Notes: generated by a model from the sequence alone, not told the origin. A DNA stretch of 37,841 nucleotides from an uncultured Verrucomicrobiales bacterium (GCA_938091905.1 CALKOM010000075.1:1-37841), one strand, 5' to 3'; shown: positions 1 to 9,373, numbered from the stretch's first letter. Program-made: numbers and translations.

Positions 1-537
1 TGGCGCGATGGAGGGCGACGCGAATGGTTCCGGCCGCTTTGCCGGTGAGTTGGCTGATCTCTGGCGACGTGCGCCCTTCGATCTCAGCCATGGTTAGAAT
101 GAGTTGTTCATCCGGGGTGAGATCCGCCATGCAGCGATTCAAAATTTCCCGTGCCTCCATGCCTCCATGGCTTCGAGCGGGGTAGAGTCATCTTCCTGTT
201 GAAGCCATTCAAGAGCGCCCTCACCGAGTTGCGAAATCGGCACCTGTTCACGAAAGCGCTTCTCGGCACGCACATGATTGAGTGCCGCGTTCGTCGCCAT
301 GCGTGACAGCCAGTTTTCAAAGGGTGCTTTCAATGGGTCGAATTTCTTCAGGTGCCGCCAAGCTTTGACAAAGACGTCCTGCGCCATGTCCTCCACCCGG
401 CCGCGGTCACGCTCGTAGCGCGAAAGGATGGCAAAGACACGATCCTAGTACCGCTCGACCAGCTCGCGGAATCGCTCAGGGCGACCCGCTAGGATCGAAC
501 GCACGCAGGCGGCGTCTTCTTCGGCTATGGCAGACAC
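1..537 (-). pseudogene. ECF sigma-70 factor, disrupted; runs off the window edge
   Basis: GTG at 537 with GAGGG upstream. Reads ...FRELVERY*DRVFAILSRY...EDMAQDVFVKAW...FENWLSRMATN with an in-frame TAG at 445-447. A tandem 8-bp duplication GCCTCCAT (153-160/161-168) shifts the frame; removing it restores region 4 (...LTPDEQLILTMAEIEGRTSPEISQLTGKAAGTIRVALHRA). Confidence 0.88.
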
Positions 538-642
538 GTTTCGTCCCTCATACACGGTAGAATTCTGAAGCGTTACAACAAATCTTTGCTCCCTGAGGGG
601 CTGGTGCGACAAGATCACCACCTCGACCTTGGCCACCCACTC

Positions 643-973
643 ATGATGTTATTCATCGGCATTATTCTGTAGGTCGCAGCCGTGGTGCAAGGCCTGATCG
701 GATTCGCCATGGCAATCGTAGCGATTCCCCTGCTCGTCTGGATCGGACTTCCTCTGAGCGGAGCCATCGCCATCAACATGGCGTCAACCATGGTTCAGGC
801 CCTAAAGGGAATGTTCAAACTTCGCCATGCCATTCCTCGGAGTATTGTTAGATCCTCTCTAGCCGTGCGTTCGCTTAGTTTGCCAATCGGTATTCTCATC
901 ATGGTTCAATTGGATGGAATCGAGACATCAGAAGCTCATCGCAATGGGCATAGCCTCAATCGTGATGGCTTAG
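643..973 (+). pseudogene. Sulfite exporter TauE/SafE family membrane protein, N-terminal remnant
   Basis: MMLFIGIIL*VAAVVQGLIGFAMAIVAIPLL...SLPIGILIM resembles the TauE start (QGxxGFGxAxxAxPLL). TAG at 670-672, a frameshift near 930 and a second TAG at 971-973. Confidence 0.7.
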
Positions 974-1025
974 GCGTCTGCAAAAAATGCCTCAGCACCC
1001 TTGAGCACCGCGTGGTCCCCAAGCT

Positions 1026-1044
1026 CGGTGACATTCAGTCGCCG
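1026..1044. repeat. Single REP-like hairpin, same family as 5791-5854
   Basis: CGGTGACATTCAGTCGCCG versus CGGTGACTTTCCAGTCGCCG at 5795-5814; lacks the 5' GTAG. Confidence 0.6.
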
Positions 1045-1103
1045 CCGACTCTTAATATGACGAACATGAAAGCCACCTTTCCACCTCGACCTAGGCGCTC
1101 AAA

Positions 1104-3758
1104 ATGCCAAACTATCTCAAAGATAGCATGCGCACTTCCTCAAAATCATCTTGGCGATGGACGCTGGTCCTGGCAGTTCTTGTCTTCGCGTCCACCACAC
1201 AAGCTCAGACTCCGCCTACCGAGGCAAATAACTTCCAAAATGGAATCCAACCCCTGCTTGAAAAGCATTGCTACGACTGTCACGGGCGGCAGAAGACCAA
1301 GGGCAAGGTCGATCTCACCTCCTATGCCTTTTGGTCAGATCTAGAGGCAAATCCAGAGCTGATCGAAAAACTGCTAGAGGTATTAACCAAGAACGAAATG
1401 CCTCCCGAAGACGAAGCGCAGCCCAGCGACGATCAGCGCACGTTCATGCTATCGGAGCTGAACAGTGCCTTTGACAGAGCCACAGCCAATCACCAGGCCC
1501 TGGTCCCAATGCGGTTGCGGCGTATGAATCGCTTTGAGTACGGGAACGCCGTTCGGGACCTCTTCGATCTGGAATGCTGGGTCTATTCCATCAGCGATCG
1601 GATCATCAGGGATCACAACAACTACTTCAGACCAGAAACAGGCCAGATGCCCAAGGTCGCGAAGGTCGGCAATCGCGTGATGGGACTTCAGCAAATGCTA
1701 GAAAATCGATTGTTAGGGGTGATGGCCTTTCCCAAGGATCCTCCGGCCGAGAATGGATTCAACAATCGTGGTGATCACCTAAGCCTGTCACCAGTCCTCA
1801 TGCAGTCCTTCATGGACCTCAGCCGATCTATCGTTCATGCCGAGAACTTCGACCAGAACTGCGGCGTTTGGGATGACTTATTCCAAGACCCCCTGAGCAC
1901 CAAAACCAGGCCCCGGCCGGCGTCCATCACCATCGACAAGTCGGTCGCCACGCGCAGCACCGGGCTCACCATCAGTGCCTGGATCCAACCCTCCAAAGTG
2001 ACAGACCATTGGCAGACCATCGTGCGCCGTGAAGACGGATGGCGTCGCCAACTACTAGCCATTGGCCGCACCGGCGACACCTGGGGCCTCTGGATCGGCG
2101 CCGGAATCTCTGGCAACTACGAAGAATTTGGCGCCTCGGTCGACCCCAAATCGCTAATCGACGGCAACTGGCATCACCTGGCCGGGACCTACGACGGCAA
2201 ACAAATCACCCTCTACATCGACGGCAAACAGGTCGGCAGCAAAGCGCTAGAGGGCAAGATCCAAATGGAAAGCACCGGCCCAATGGCCATCGGCGCACAC
2301 GGAGCAGAGCCCTTCCACGGAAGCTTGAACGACATCCGCCTCTACCGCTCAGGCCTCACGAGAACTCAGATCGAAAGCCTCGCAGCAAGCAAAGAAAGCG
2401 GCGCCGAAGATCAGATGGTAGGCAGTTGGAAACAACCCACGGTAGCCAAGCTAAAACTGGAACAGCCCGTCGAAGAAATCGCCCACGAGCGCATTGAGCG
2501 CTTTCTCCTCAAAGCCTTCCATTCACCTCCCGACGAAAAAACACGAGCGCTCTACCAGCGATACTTCGATAAACAATTCCAGAAGAGCGGTAACTTCACC
2601 CAAAGCATGAAAGCCGTCGTCTCGGCCGCCCTCGCCTCCCCGAGATTCATGCTCGTCCACAACGAAACGGACGAAGCCTCGCAAAACCAAAACGCCTTCA
2701 ATCTAGCGGCCAGACTCGCCCTATTTCTCTGGAGCTCCATTCCTGACGACGAATTGCTTGCGCTAGCCGGCCAAGGAAATCTCAATAATTCCGACGTGTT
2801 AGAATCACAAGTCGATCGCATGCTCAACCATCGTCGCGTGAAAAACTTCTGCGACAGCTTCGCACCCCAATGGCTGAAACTGAACAGCCTTGTCTCGGCA
2901 CAACCCGACTTCAAAACCTACCGGGAATACTACTTCGGAGGGGACGATAAGATCTCCTACAAACGTGGCATGCACATGATGTTAGAGCCGCTCTTGAATT
3001 TCGAAACCGTCTTCATTGAGAACAGACCGATCTCGGAACTGGTAGACGCCGACTTTACCTACCGCAGTCACTTGTTAGCGGAATGGTACGAAGGCCGCTC
3101 AGCCACCTACGCAATAAACGTCAACCTACGCGACATCGAATTCACCCGCACTCAACTCAGTGATCGCAGATACGGCGGGGTCATCACCACCGCCGCCGTC
3201 ATGACCATGACCTCTGGCCCCTTCCGCTCGCTCCCCATCACGCGAGGCTCCTGGGTCTCCGCCGTCGTCTTCAATGATCCTCCCGAGCCTCCGCCAGACG
3301 ACATCCCCGACTTGCGAGCAGACGACAACACGCTGCAACGCGAAGGCCTGACCGTTCGACAAAAGCTCCAACAACACAGCAGCGAGCCCCAGTGTGCCGG
3401 CTGCCATGCCAAGATCGATCCGTTAGGCTTTGCCCTGGAAAACTTCGACTTGCTGGGCCGCTGGAGAGACGATTACCGAACCGGCTTAAAGGTGGATGCT
3501 AGCGGAACTCTGTTTGGCCGGCATCAGTTCGAGGACGTCGTTGGATTCAAGGACGCCGTCCTGGCCGAAAAGGACACCTTCGCCAAAGCCTTCATCGGCC
3601 ATCTCCTCTCCTACGCGCTGGGGAGAGAGCTGACCCTGGCAGATCGCGTGGCGGTCGGTGAAATCACGGCAGCGAGCAAAGAAGGAAGCTACCGCATGCG
3701 CGACGTCATCAAAAACATTGCCGTTCACCCCATCTTCACCCAGACTAGTAAGCCATGA
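1104..3758 (+). CDS. DUF1592/DUF1588 (PSD-domain) cytochrome c protein with inserted LamG/ConA-like domain
   Basis: Signal peptide, CYDCH...EMPP haem domain, LRRMNRFEYGNAVRDL (DUF1587), LamG-like block (TISAWI...WHHLAGTYDG...LYIDG...LNDIRLY), LARLALFLWSSIPDDELL (DUF1592), RGSWV...PPEPPP...CAGCHAKIDPLGFALENFD (DUF1588), LLSYALGR (DUF1585). Start may be 1104 or 1128. Confidence 0.92.
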   Translation: MPNYLKDSMRTSSKSSWRWTLVLAVLVFASTTQAQTPPTEANNFQNGIQPLLEKHCYDCHGRQKTKGKVDLTSYAFWSDLEANPELIEKLLEVLTKNEMPPEDEAQPSDDQRTFMLSELNSAFDRATANHQALVPMRLRRMNRFEYGNAVRDLFDLECWVYSISDRIIRDHNNYFRPETGQMPKVAKVGNRVMGLQQMLENRLLGVMAFPKDPPAENGFNNRGDHLSLSPVLMQSFMDLSRSIVHAENFDQNCGVWDDLFQDPLSTKTRPRPASITIDKSVATRSTGLTISAWIQPSKVTDHWQTIVRREDGWRRQLLAIGRTGDTWGLWIGAGISGNYEEFGASVDPKSLIDGNWHHLAGTYDGKQITLYIDGKQVGSKALEGKIQMESTGPMAIGAHGAEPFHGSLNDIRLYRSGLTRTQIESLAASKESGAEDQMVGSWKQPTVAKLKLEQPVEEIAHERIERFLLKAFHSPPDEKTRALYQRYFDKQFQKSGNFTQSMKAVVSAALASPRFMLVHNETDEASQNQNAFNLAARLALFLWSSIPDDELLALAGQGNLNNSDVLESQVDRMLNHRRVKNFCDSFAPQWLKLNSLVSAQPDFKTYREYYFGGDDKISYKRGMHMMLEPLLNFETVFIENRPISELVDADFTYRSHLLAEWYEGRSATYAINVNLRDIEFTRTQLSDRRYGGVITTAAVMTMTSGPFRSLPITRGSWVSAVVFNDPPEPPPDDIPDLRADDNTLQREGLTVRQKLQQHSSEPQCAGCHAKIDPLGFALENFDLLGRWRDDYRTGLKVDASGTLFGRHQFEDVVGFKDAVLAEKDTFAKAFIGHLLSYALGRELTLADRVAVGEITAASKEGSYRMRDVIKNIAVHPIFTQTSKP

Positions 3759-5032
3759 AATCTATGGATCGACGGAAGTTTCTCCTTGGAGCCAGCGGCA
3801 GCGCCATGGCCCTCCCGTGGCTCGAAATCAACGCCGCCGGCCCGAGCAAGAAGAAGCTCAAAGAGCCGCCTCTAAGGTTCGCATCCTTCTACTCGCCTAT
3901 GGGCTTCGTGCGAGATCACTTCTTCCCGGAAAAGGGCAACAAGGACTTTCTCTCCATGCCCACCTTGAGCCCGCTCAAGAACGTCGGCGAAAAGATTTCC
4001 CTGATCACCGGCTTAGCCACCGTCAAAGTCAACGGGGTCGATGTGCACAATCAGGCCAGTTCCTGTTTCCTCTCATCGGCTAATGCACAAGGAGAGTTCA
4101 AGTCGGCCTACCCCATGGACCGCACGCTCGACCACCTCATCGCGGACAAGGTTAGTCATCGCACGCCAATTCGATCCCTGGAGTTGAACTGCAACAGTTT
4201 CAAAGACCTCAAAGAATCGATCTACCTCGACAACATTTCCTGGTACGGCCCGGAGCATGTCGCGACCTCCATGAAGGACCCGAGGAAAGTCTACGAACGC
4301 CTCTTCAAAACAAAGAAAGCCGACAAAGACATCACCGATTTGATTCTAGAAGACGCCTCCAACTTCAAGAGGAACCTGTCCTATCAGGACAAAGAAAAGT
4401 TGGATGAATACTTTGATTCCGTTAGGGAAATCGAAAGGCAGATCGAGAAGCTGAACCAGTACTACAGCATGCGGGAGAAGGCCGACGTGCCCGAGCCTGA
4501 AGAAGGCCCCATGACCCGCGGTGAGTACATCCGGTTGATGGGCAAATTGCTAGTAGTGGCCTTTCAAGGTGACCTCACGCACGTCGCCACCTTCATGCTC
4601 GCGCCCGAACGTTGGGGTTCCCCGCAAGAATACCACGAGTTGAAGTTCACCAAATCGCACCACGGCCTCACCCACGGCCAAGACAACGAGAGCGTGAAGA
4701 ACTTCCTCGTTCAGGTCGACCGCTTCTACATGGAACTGTTTGCCGAAGTGCTAGAACAAATGGACGCCATCAATGAAGGCGAAGGCACCCTCCTCGACCA
4801 CTCCATCGTCACCCTAGGATCAGGATTAGGAGACGGCAAAGACCACACCATGAACGAACTTCCCGTCGTCGTCGCCGGTTCTGCCAACGGAAGAATCAAG
4901 ACGGGTCGCGTGCTTAATTGTCCCAAAGACACCCCCCTAGCCAACCTCTGGCTAACCCAAGCCCAGCTAATGGGCACCGGCATGACCGAGTTCGGGGACA
5001 GCACTGGCCCGCTCAGCGGCTTCCTCGCATAG
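3755..5032 (+). CDS. DUF1552 (HXXSHH family) protein with twin-arginine leader
   Basis: DRRKFLLG...LPWLE, DPRKVYERLF, DKEKLDEYFDSVREIE, HHGLTH, TLLDHS, PLANLWLT, FGDSTG. ATGA overlap with the upstream gene. Confidence 0.92.
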   Translation: MKSMDRRKFLLGASGSAMALPWLEINAAGPSKKKLKEPPLRFASFYSPMGFVRDHFFPEKGNKDFLSMPTLSPLKNVGEKISLITGLATVKVNGVDVHNQASSCFLSSANAQGEFKSAYPMDRTLDHLIADKVSHRTPIRSLELNCNSFKDLKESIYLDNISWYGPEHVATSMKDPRKVYERLFKTKKADKDITDLILEDASNFKRNLSYQDKEKLDEYFDSVREIERQIEKLNQYYSMREKADVPEPEEGPMTRGEYIRLMGKLLVVAFQGDLTHVATFMLAPERWGSPQEYHELKFTKSHHGLTHGQDNESVKNFLVQVDRFYMELFAEVLEQMDAINEGEGTLLDHSIVTLGSGLGDGKDHTMNELPVVVAGSANGRIKTGRVLNCPKDTPLANLWLTQAQLMGTGMTEFGDSTGPLSGFLA

Positions 5033-5044
5033 CAGCAGGGTAAT

Positions 5045-5113
5045 GTCGTGGATTTCTCCGAAATCCAACTCCGAATGACCTGCTAGGCATAGAATTTCGT
5101 AACTATCCACGAC
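5045..5113. repeat. Palindromic repeat plus decayed inverted partner (family shared with 30976-31002)
   Basis: CGTGGATTTCTCCGAAATCCA (5047-5067) is the exact reverse complement of 30980-31000. A degenerate inverted copy ending ATCCACGAC lies at 5090-5113. Confidence 0.7.
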
Positions 5114-5325
5114 GCTCAGGATAACCCTCCTGCTGGGCGCGCCGACGTCCCCTTCGGCCTGCCATGGTCAAGACATCTCTATGCCGTGGAGCGCCCGAAA
5201 TACCATGTCCTTTCGAACCAAAATCGAAGCTTGGGCTTCTAGCGCGGACGAATCGGCGAACTTGCCTTCTTCGGATAAACTCACCCCAAGAGTCTGAACC
5301 TGAAAAAAAATCCTGAATAGTCACC

Positions 5326-5469
5326 ATGAGACTTCGACACCTACTGAAAGCACTGATCCTTAGTCTGATCGGAATGGCCTCCATCGTCTTGGCGGAAGAA
5401 AAGACTAACATCGTCATTATTCTCACAGACGACCAAGGCTATGCTGATGTCAGCCACAATCCGCACTGA
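5326..5469 (+). pseudogene. Sulfatase N-terminal stub
   Basis: MRLRHLLKALILSLIGMASIVLAEEKTNIVIILTDDQGYADVSHNPH*: signal peptide plus the NIVxIxxDDxGYxD motif, then truncated. Confidence 0.8.
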
Positions 5470-5597
5470 AAGCCAAGAAGGCACCCATCCCCACCAATGA
5501 CGTCTGGAATGCCACCCATGCGATGGATCGGGGCGCCGCGCTAGCCACCTTTGATAAACACTTTCACCACGTCGACGGCCTGCGCCGGTGGAAGTGA
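5466..5597 (+). pseudogene. vapC: VapC/PIN-domain toxin, C-terminal remnant
   Basis: Frame without a start codon: LKAKKAPIPTNDVWNATHAMDRGAALATFDKHFHHVDGLRRWK*. Matches the VapC pattern LxxxGxPIPxNDxWIAAxA...LxTxDxHFxxVxGL. Confidence 0.8.
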
Positions 5598-5790
5598 GTC
5601 TGATGAGTTTATCCAAACAACGGCAAGGGCTGCCATATGGTCGCCCCCTCCGAAAGGGAGCGTTGCTGATCCATTTGAGGGCACTCGATTTCGGAGAAAT
5701 CGGCGCCCATGCAACCAGCTCTGACAGACTCACCCATAGGGTGAGTCTGCTAGCCCGCATTTCGCACACTTTGCAAATTGGTTGACACTC

Positions 5791-5854
5791 GTAGCGGTGA
5801 CTTTCCAGTCGCCGACCTGTTATGATAGGGGTGGCGACTGAAAGTCACCACTAC
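5791..5854. repeat. REPIN-like doublet: two inverted GTAG-type REP hairpins
   Basis: GTAG-CGGTGAC-TTTCCA-GTCGCCG at 5791-5814 and, on the minus strand, GTAG-TGGTGAC-TTTCA-GTCGCCA at 5854-5832, about 17 nt apart. Confidence 0.8.
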
Positions 5855-5922
5855 GATTCTAACTGAATGGCCATTCAAGGTTTTCGACGTTTGCGAGAAC
5901 CATGAGATTCTTTGTCCTCTTT

Positions 5923-8628
5923 CTACTTCGATTTGAAGGCTTCGTTCTGAACCAGTGCGTGTAGGAATTCACTGACGGCGAATTCATTCTCTTCTGCGCT
6001 TGCCATGATTTGGTTGGCGAGAGGTTCGTCGGTGAAACCGTAAGGGCGACCGAGGGCGTAGGCGATGAGGTGTTCGGTGAAGCCGCGGGCGAAATCCTCC
6101 TCATGCGCAGCGATCAAATTGCGCATCTCGCCATAGTCTGCGAACTCGGGGCCGTTGTGGAACGCGCCTGAGGCGTCGATTTCCCAGGTCTTCCCTTCTT
6201 TCCAGCCTCTTTTGAGCCGTGTTCTATGACTGTTAGTAGTGCGCCACTTGCCGGCGGCGTCGAAGTTTTCCAGGCCGAAGCCGATGGGATCGATCTTGCG
6301 GTGGCAACTGGCGCACTGGGCTTCTTCCATGTGGGCAGCAAGGCGCTCGCGGGTGGTGAGCGGTTTGTCTGCCAAACGCGATAGTTGTGGGACGTTCGGT
6401 GGAGCGGGCGGCGGTGGGTCGTGCAGGAGATGACGCAGCACCCAGGCTCCGCGCTCGATGGGGCTGCTCTCGACGCCGTCACTGCCCATGGCGTGAATGG
6501 CTGCCATGCCCAAGAGGCCGCCGCGTGGGGAGTCGGCAGGCAGGGGGACTTCGCGAAAGTCATCGCCGGTGACACCTTCGATCCCGTAGTAAGTGGCGAG
6601 CAGGCCATTGACGAAGACGGAGTCACTTTTCAGAAGCTTGCCGAGTCTGCCACTTTCCCTATGGCGAAGCTGGTGGGCGAAGGTTTGGTAGACTTCTTCG
6701 CGGGCAGCGCCACGGGTGTTCTCATCGAACTCGCGATGGAGGCTCACGTCGAATTGGAAGAAGTCCAATCGCTCCATGTCGAGCCACTGGTGGACGAAGC
6801 CGGAGACGAATTCATCGGAGCGTGGGTCGGCGATGAGGCGATCGACTTGTTGGCGGAGGGTAATCGGTTGGTGCAGTTCGTGGCGTTCTGCGAGATCCAG
6901 CAGTTCTTGATCCGGTGGGGCACTCCAGAGGAAGTAGGAAAGGCGCACGGCCAGCTCACGGTCTGTTAGGGGGCGCGGTGCCGATTCATCACCCGGCTCA
7001 TTGAAGTAGAGGAATCCGGGTGAGGCGAGAATGACGCTGAGGGGTGTTCGAATGGCGACGTCGAAGGACTCTCCAGCGCTGCGGCCGGATTGGTAAAGCG
7101 TCAGGATTTGATCGATGAACTTGGGAGCGGGTTCGACCCGTCGAAGAGCGGCACGGGCGAAGTCGGCGAGGATAGCGCGGGCGGCTTCGGAAGCGTCGTC
7201 GTTGTCCGCGTGCTTGGCGAATAGCTGCTGGAGTACGGATGAAGGTCCGGTCGGGGGCAGCGGGCCTTCGAGTTCGATCCAGTCGATCCAGATCGCTGGC
7301 GGCGTGCCGTAGCCGTTGGCGCGTTTGTCTCGATTGTAGGCATCTCGTAGACGCTTGCGATCGGTCGGCTGTCGCTCCTGGATGCCAAACTCCCGTTGGG
7401 TGTGGAGGCCGACCTCCACTTGCGTTTCGATGATCTCTGGGTGTTTGATAGTTCCGGTGACCTGGTGGCTGCTGATGGGGAAACCAGCGAATCCCCCAGG
7501 CACCCTGTTCACGCGCTGCGGGTGCCCGATCTCGATGAAGTGACGATAGGCCGGTGAGCCGTCTACAGTACCGGCACGCACTCGCATGCGGTAGTTTCCG
7601 GGTGGCAGATTATTTGGCTTGGGTGTGACATCGATGCGTTGGATCGCCCACGTGAGCTTCAGATAGGTGCCTCGATCACTGTCAGGGAGCTCGGCGTAGT
7701 GCTTCATGTAGGCATAGGTCCGACCGTAGCCGCCTTGATGCGAAAAGGAGGCGGCGTTGGCATCTTTAAAACCGAACTCTTTGGCGTCGGGGCCATTGTT
7801 CAGACGGTCAGCATTCTGATAGAGCCGGAGGCGCAACCGGTCATCGATCCCAGGAAACTTCTCGCGAAGTTGAGCCATGACCTCCCGATTTTCAGGAGCG
7901 AGCGCTGCTTTATCCACCTCGGCTTTCCAAAGAAGGTAGCGCTCGTTGGTTTCCTCCATTCTCCGCATGTTCTTTTCACTCTGAACATTGACGGTGGTTT
8001 CCGGCTCCACGCGAAATACGCGTGCGTCCTCTTTCAAAGCCGCCTGTCGCTCTAACATTTCATTGATCGCGCTTCGCCCGAGTTTTAGATACTGCTCGAA
8101 CTGGTCGCTCGAAATGAATTGCGATGCGCCCACGGTGTCGAAGGTACCAGCTCCGCCATCGTTTGGCAGGGATGCGACAGCGACCCGCACGCCGGTGAGG
8201 TGCTCGATGGTGTTCTGGTATTCCCGCCGGTTCAGCCGACGCATGGTGATCTTGCCACCCGAGTCGGAAAGAACCTTGCGCGCCGCGACCATGGTCTGGG
8301 CGAGGGCCTCGAGAAAGTCGGCCTTCGCCGATTTGTCAGGCTGGCGTTTGTCCTCCGGCGGCATCTCACCGGCGTTCATGGCGTTGAGCACCTTCTGCCA
8401 GAGTTCGGCCTGCCGTAGGGTGGTAATTTCAAGCGGCAGGGCTTCCAAGTTGATCTTGCCCTTCTGCGTTTCCGCGTCGTGGCAGTCGAAGCAATAGTTT
8501 TGGAAGAGGGTTAGGTGTTTCTTGGGGAGCTGGGGGTTGGGTTCGGCGGCAATGGAAAGAGCCGGGGCGCCCGCAATCAGCAGCGCGCCAAGGATCAGAC
8601 TTATGGTTTTCGTCTTGGACAACATCAT
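5923..8628 (-). CDS. DUF1592/DUF1588 (PSD-domain) cytochrome c protein
   Basis: Signal peptide, CFDCH...GEMPP, MRRLNRREYQNTI, ELAVRLSYFLWSAPPDQELL, RGGLLG, SPIERGAWV, CASCHRKIDPIGFGLENFD, YALGRP. Confidence 0.93.
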   Translation of the reverse strand: MMLSKTKTISLILGALLIAGAPALSIAAEPNPQLPKKHLTLFQNYCFDCHDAETQKGKINLEALPLEITTLRQAELWQKVLNAMNAGEMPPEDKRQPDKSAKADFLEALAQTMVAARKVLSDSGGKITMRRLNRREYQNTIEHLTGVRVAVASLPNDGGAGTFDTVGASQFISSDQFEQYLKLGRSAINEMLERQAALKEDARVFRVEPETTVNVQSEKNMRRMEETNERYLLWKAEVDKAALAPENREVMAQLREKFPGIDDRLRLRLYQNADRLNNGPDAKEFGFKDANAASFSHQGGYGRTYAYMKHYAELPDSDRGTYLKLTWAIQRIDVTPKPNNLPPGNYRMRVRAGTVDGSPAYRHFIEIGHPQRVNRVPGGFAGFPISSHQVTGTIKHPEIIETQVEVGLHTQREFGIQERQPTDRKRLRDAYNRDKRANGYGTPPAIWIDWIELEGPLPPTGPSSVLQQLFAKHADNDDASEAARAILADFARAALRRVEPAPKFIDQILTLYQSGRSAGESFDVAIRTPLSVILASPGFLYFNEPGDESAPRPLTDRELAVRLSYFLWSAPPDQELLDLAERHELHQPITLRQQVDRLIADPRSDEFVSGFVHQWLDMERLDFFQFDVSLHREFDENTRGAAREEVYQTFAHQLRHRESGRLGKLLKSDSVFVNGLLATYYGIEGVTGDDFREVPLPADSPRGGLLGMAAIHAMGSDGVESSPIERGAWVLRHLLHDPPPPAPPNVPQLSRLADKPLTTRERLAAHMEEAQCASCHRKIDPIGFGLENFDAAGKWRTTNSHRTRLKRGWKEGKTWEIDASGAFHNGPEFADYGEMRNLIAAHEEDFARGFTEHLIAYALGRPYGFTDEPLANQIMASAEENEFAVSEFLHALVQNEAFKSK

Positions 8629-8643
8629 ATCGATTCAATCCTG

Positions 8644-8902
8644 GAGCCCAACGGGCTCAATGCATGCTAGCCCAGGGCAACGCCCTGGGACCGAGGTCGT
8701 AAAACAGAATGCAGGCTGAAGGCCTGCGGCATAAAGGTTTCCAATCGGTTTCATTTCAATCCCAGACGTTTAACCGAGCCCAACGGGCTCAACGCAGACT
8801 AGCCCAGGGCAACGCCCTGGGAATAGGGTCACAGAACAACGGGCAGGCTGAAGGCCTGCTGCATAGAGGTTTCCAAAGAGGTTTCATTTCAATCCCAGAC
8901 GT
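8644..8902. repeat. Two tandem ~132-bp composite palindromic units
   Basis: GAGCCCAACGGGCTC at 8644 and 8776; CCCAGGGCAACGCCCTGGG at 8671 and 8803; GCAGGCTGAAGGCCTGC at 8711 and 8843; shared tail GGTTTCATTTCAATCCCAGACGT. Confidence 0.93.
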
Positions 8903-9349
8903 ATCGCTCATCGTATTCGATGTTGTACTTTTGCAGTAGCTTCCGAAACTCATCCTGAAAGCTGACCTTCTTGTGATGTTCTTCCTGGTTGTCGATGTAT
9001 CGGATGAGTTGATCCAGTTGCGACGGGCTACCGAAAAATTACCGTACCCGTTTTGCCAATAGAACTCGCTGTATTGAGGTCCCTGCTTCTTGATCCAACT
9101 GGACGACTCCTTTTTCACGATCTCGAACAGCTTCGCGATCGTGACGGTGCGCGGGAGCGTTGCAGCGATGTGAACGTGGTCGGCCACACCGCCAACGCGG
9201 TAGGCTTGGGATTGTGGTGGTTCGATATCGCGTATGATCTCCGCCATGTAGGCGTGGAGTCGCGGGCGAATGCCCGAATCAATCAACGGTCGGCGATCCT
9301 TCGTGCTAAACACCATGTGAAGGATGACTTTGTTGAGGGATTGAGGCAT
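8889..9349 (-). pseudogene. tnpA: IS200/IS605-family (Y1, HUH) transposase, frameshifted
   Basis: MPQSL..HMVFSTKDR..DHVH..KKESSSWI..FYWQNGYGNFSV. One base is missing near 9029-9031; the other frame continues SPSQLDQLIRYIDNQEEHHKKVSFQDEFRKLLQKYNIEYDERYVWD* (TGA at 8889-8891), which carries the catalytic YxxNQ. Confidence 0.92.
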
Positions 9350-9373
9350 TGGTTAGTTAGGTGGGCTTATGAA

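Noticed and set aside
682..1344. 220-aa ORF as an intact gene
   Set aside because: Only the first ~80 aa are TauE-like; the rest is out-of-frame read-through overlapping the DUF1592 gene.
5133..5158. CTGGGCGCGCCGACGTCCCCTTCGGC as a fourth REP family
   Set aside because: It is hairpin-like but single-copy in the window, so it cannot be supported here.
8644..8902. CRISPR array
   Set aside because: Only two direct units plus one inverted, a ~132-bp period with several hairpins, and no cas genes; better explained as transposase-associated repeats.
8789..9349. 186-aa ORF as an intact transposase
   Set aside because: Its C-terminus is frameshifted read-through into repeats; the catalytic Tyr is in another frame.
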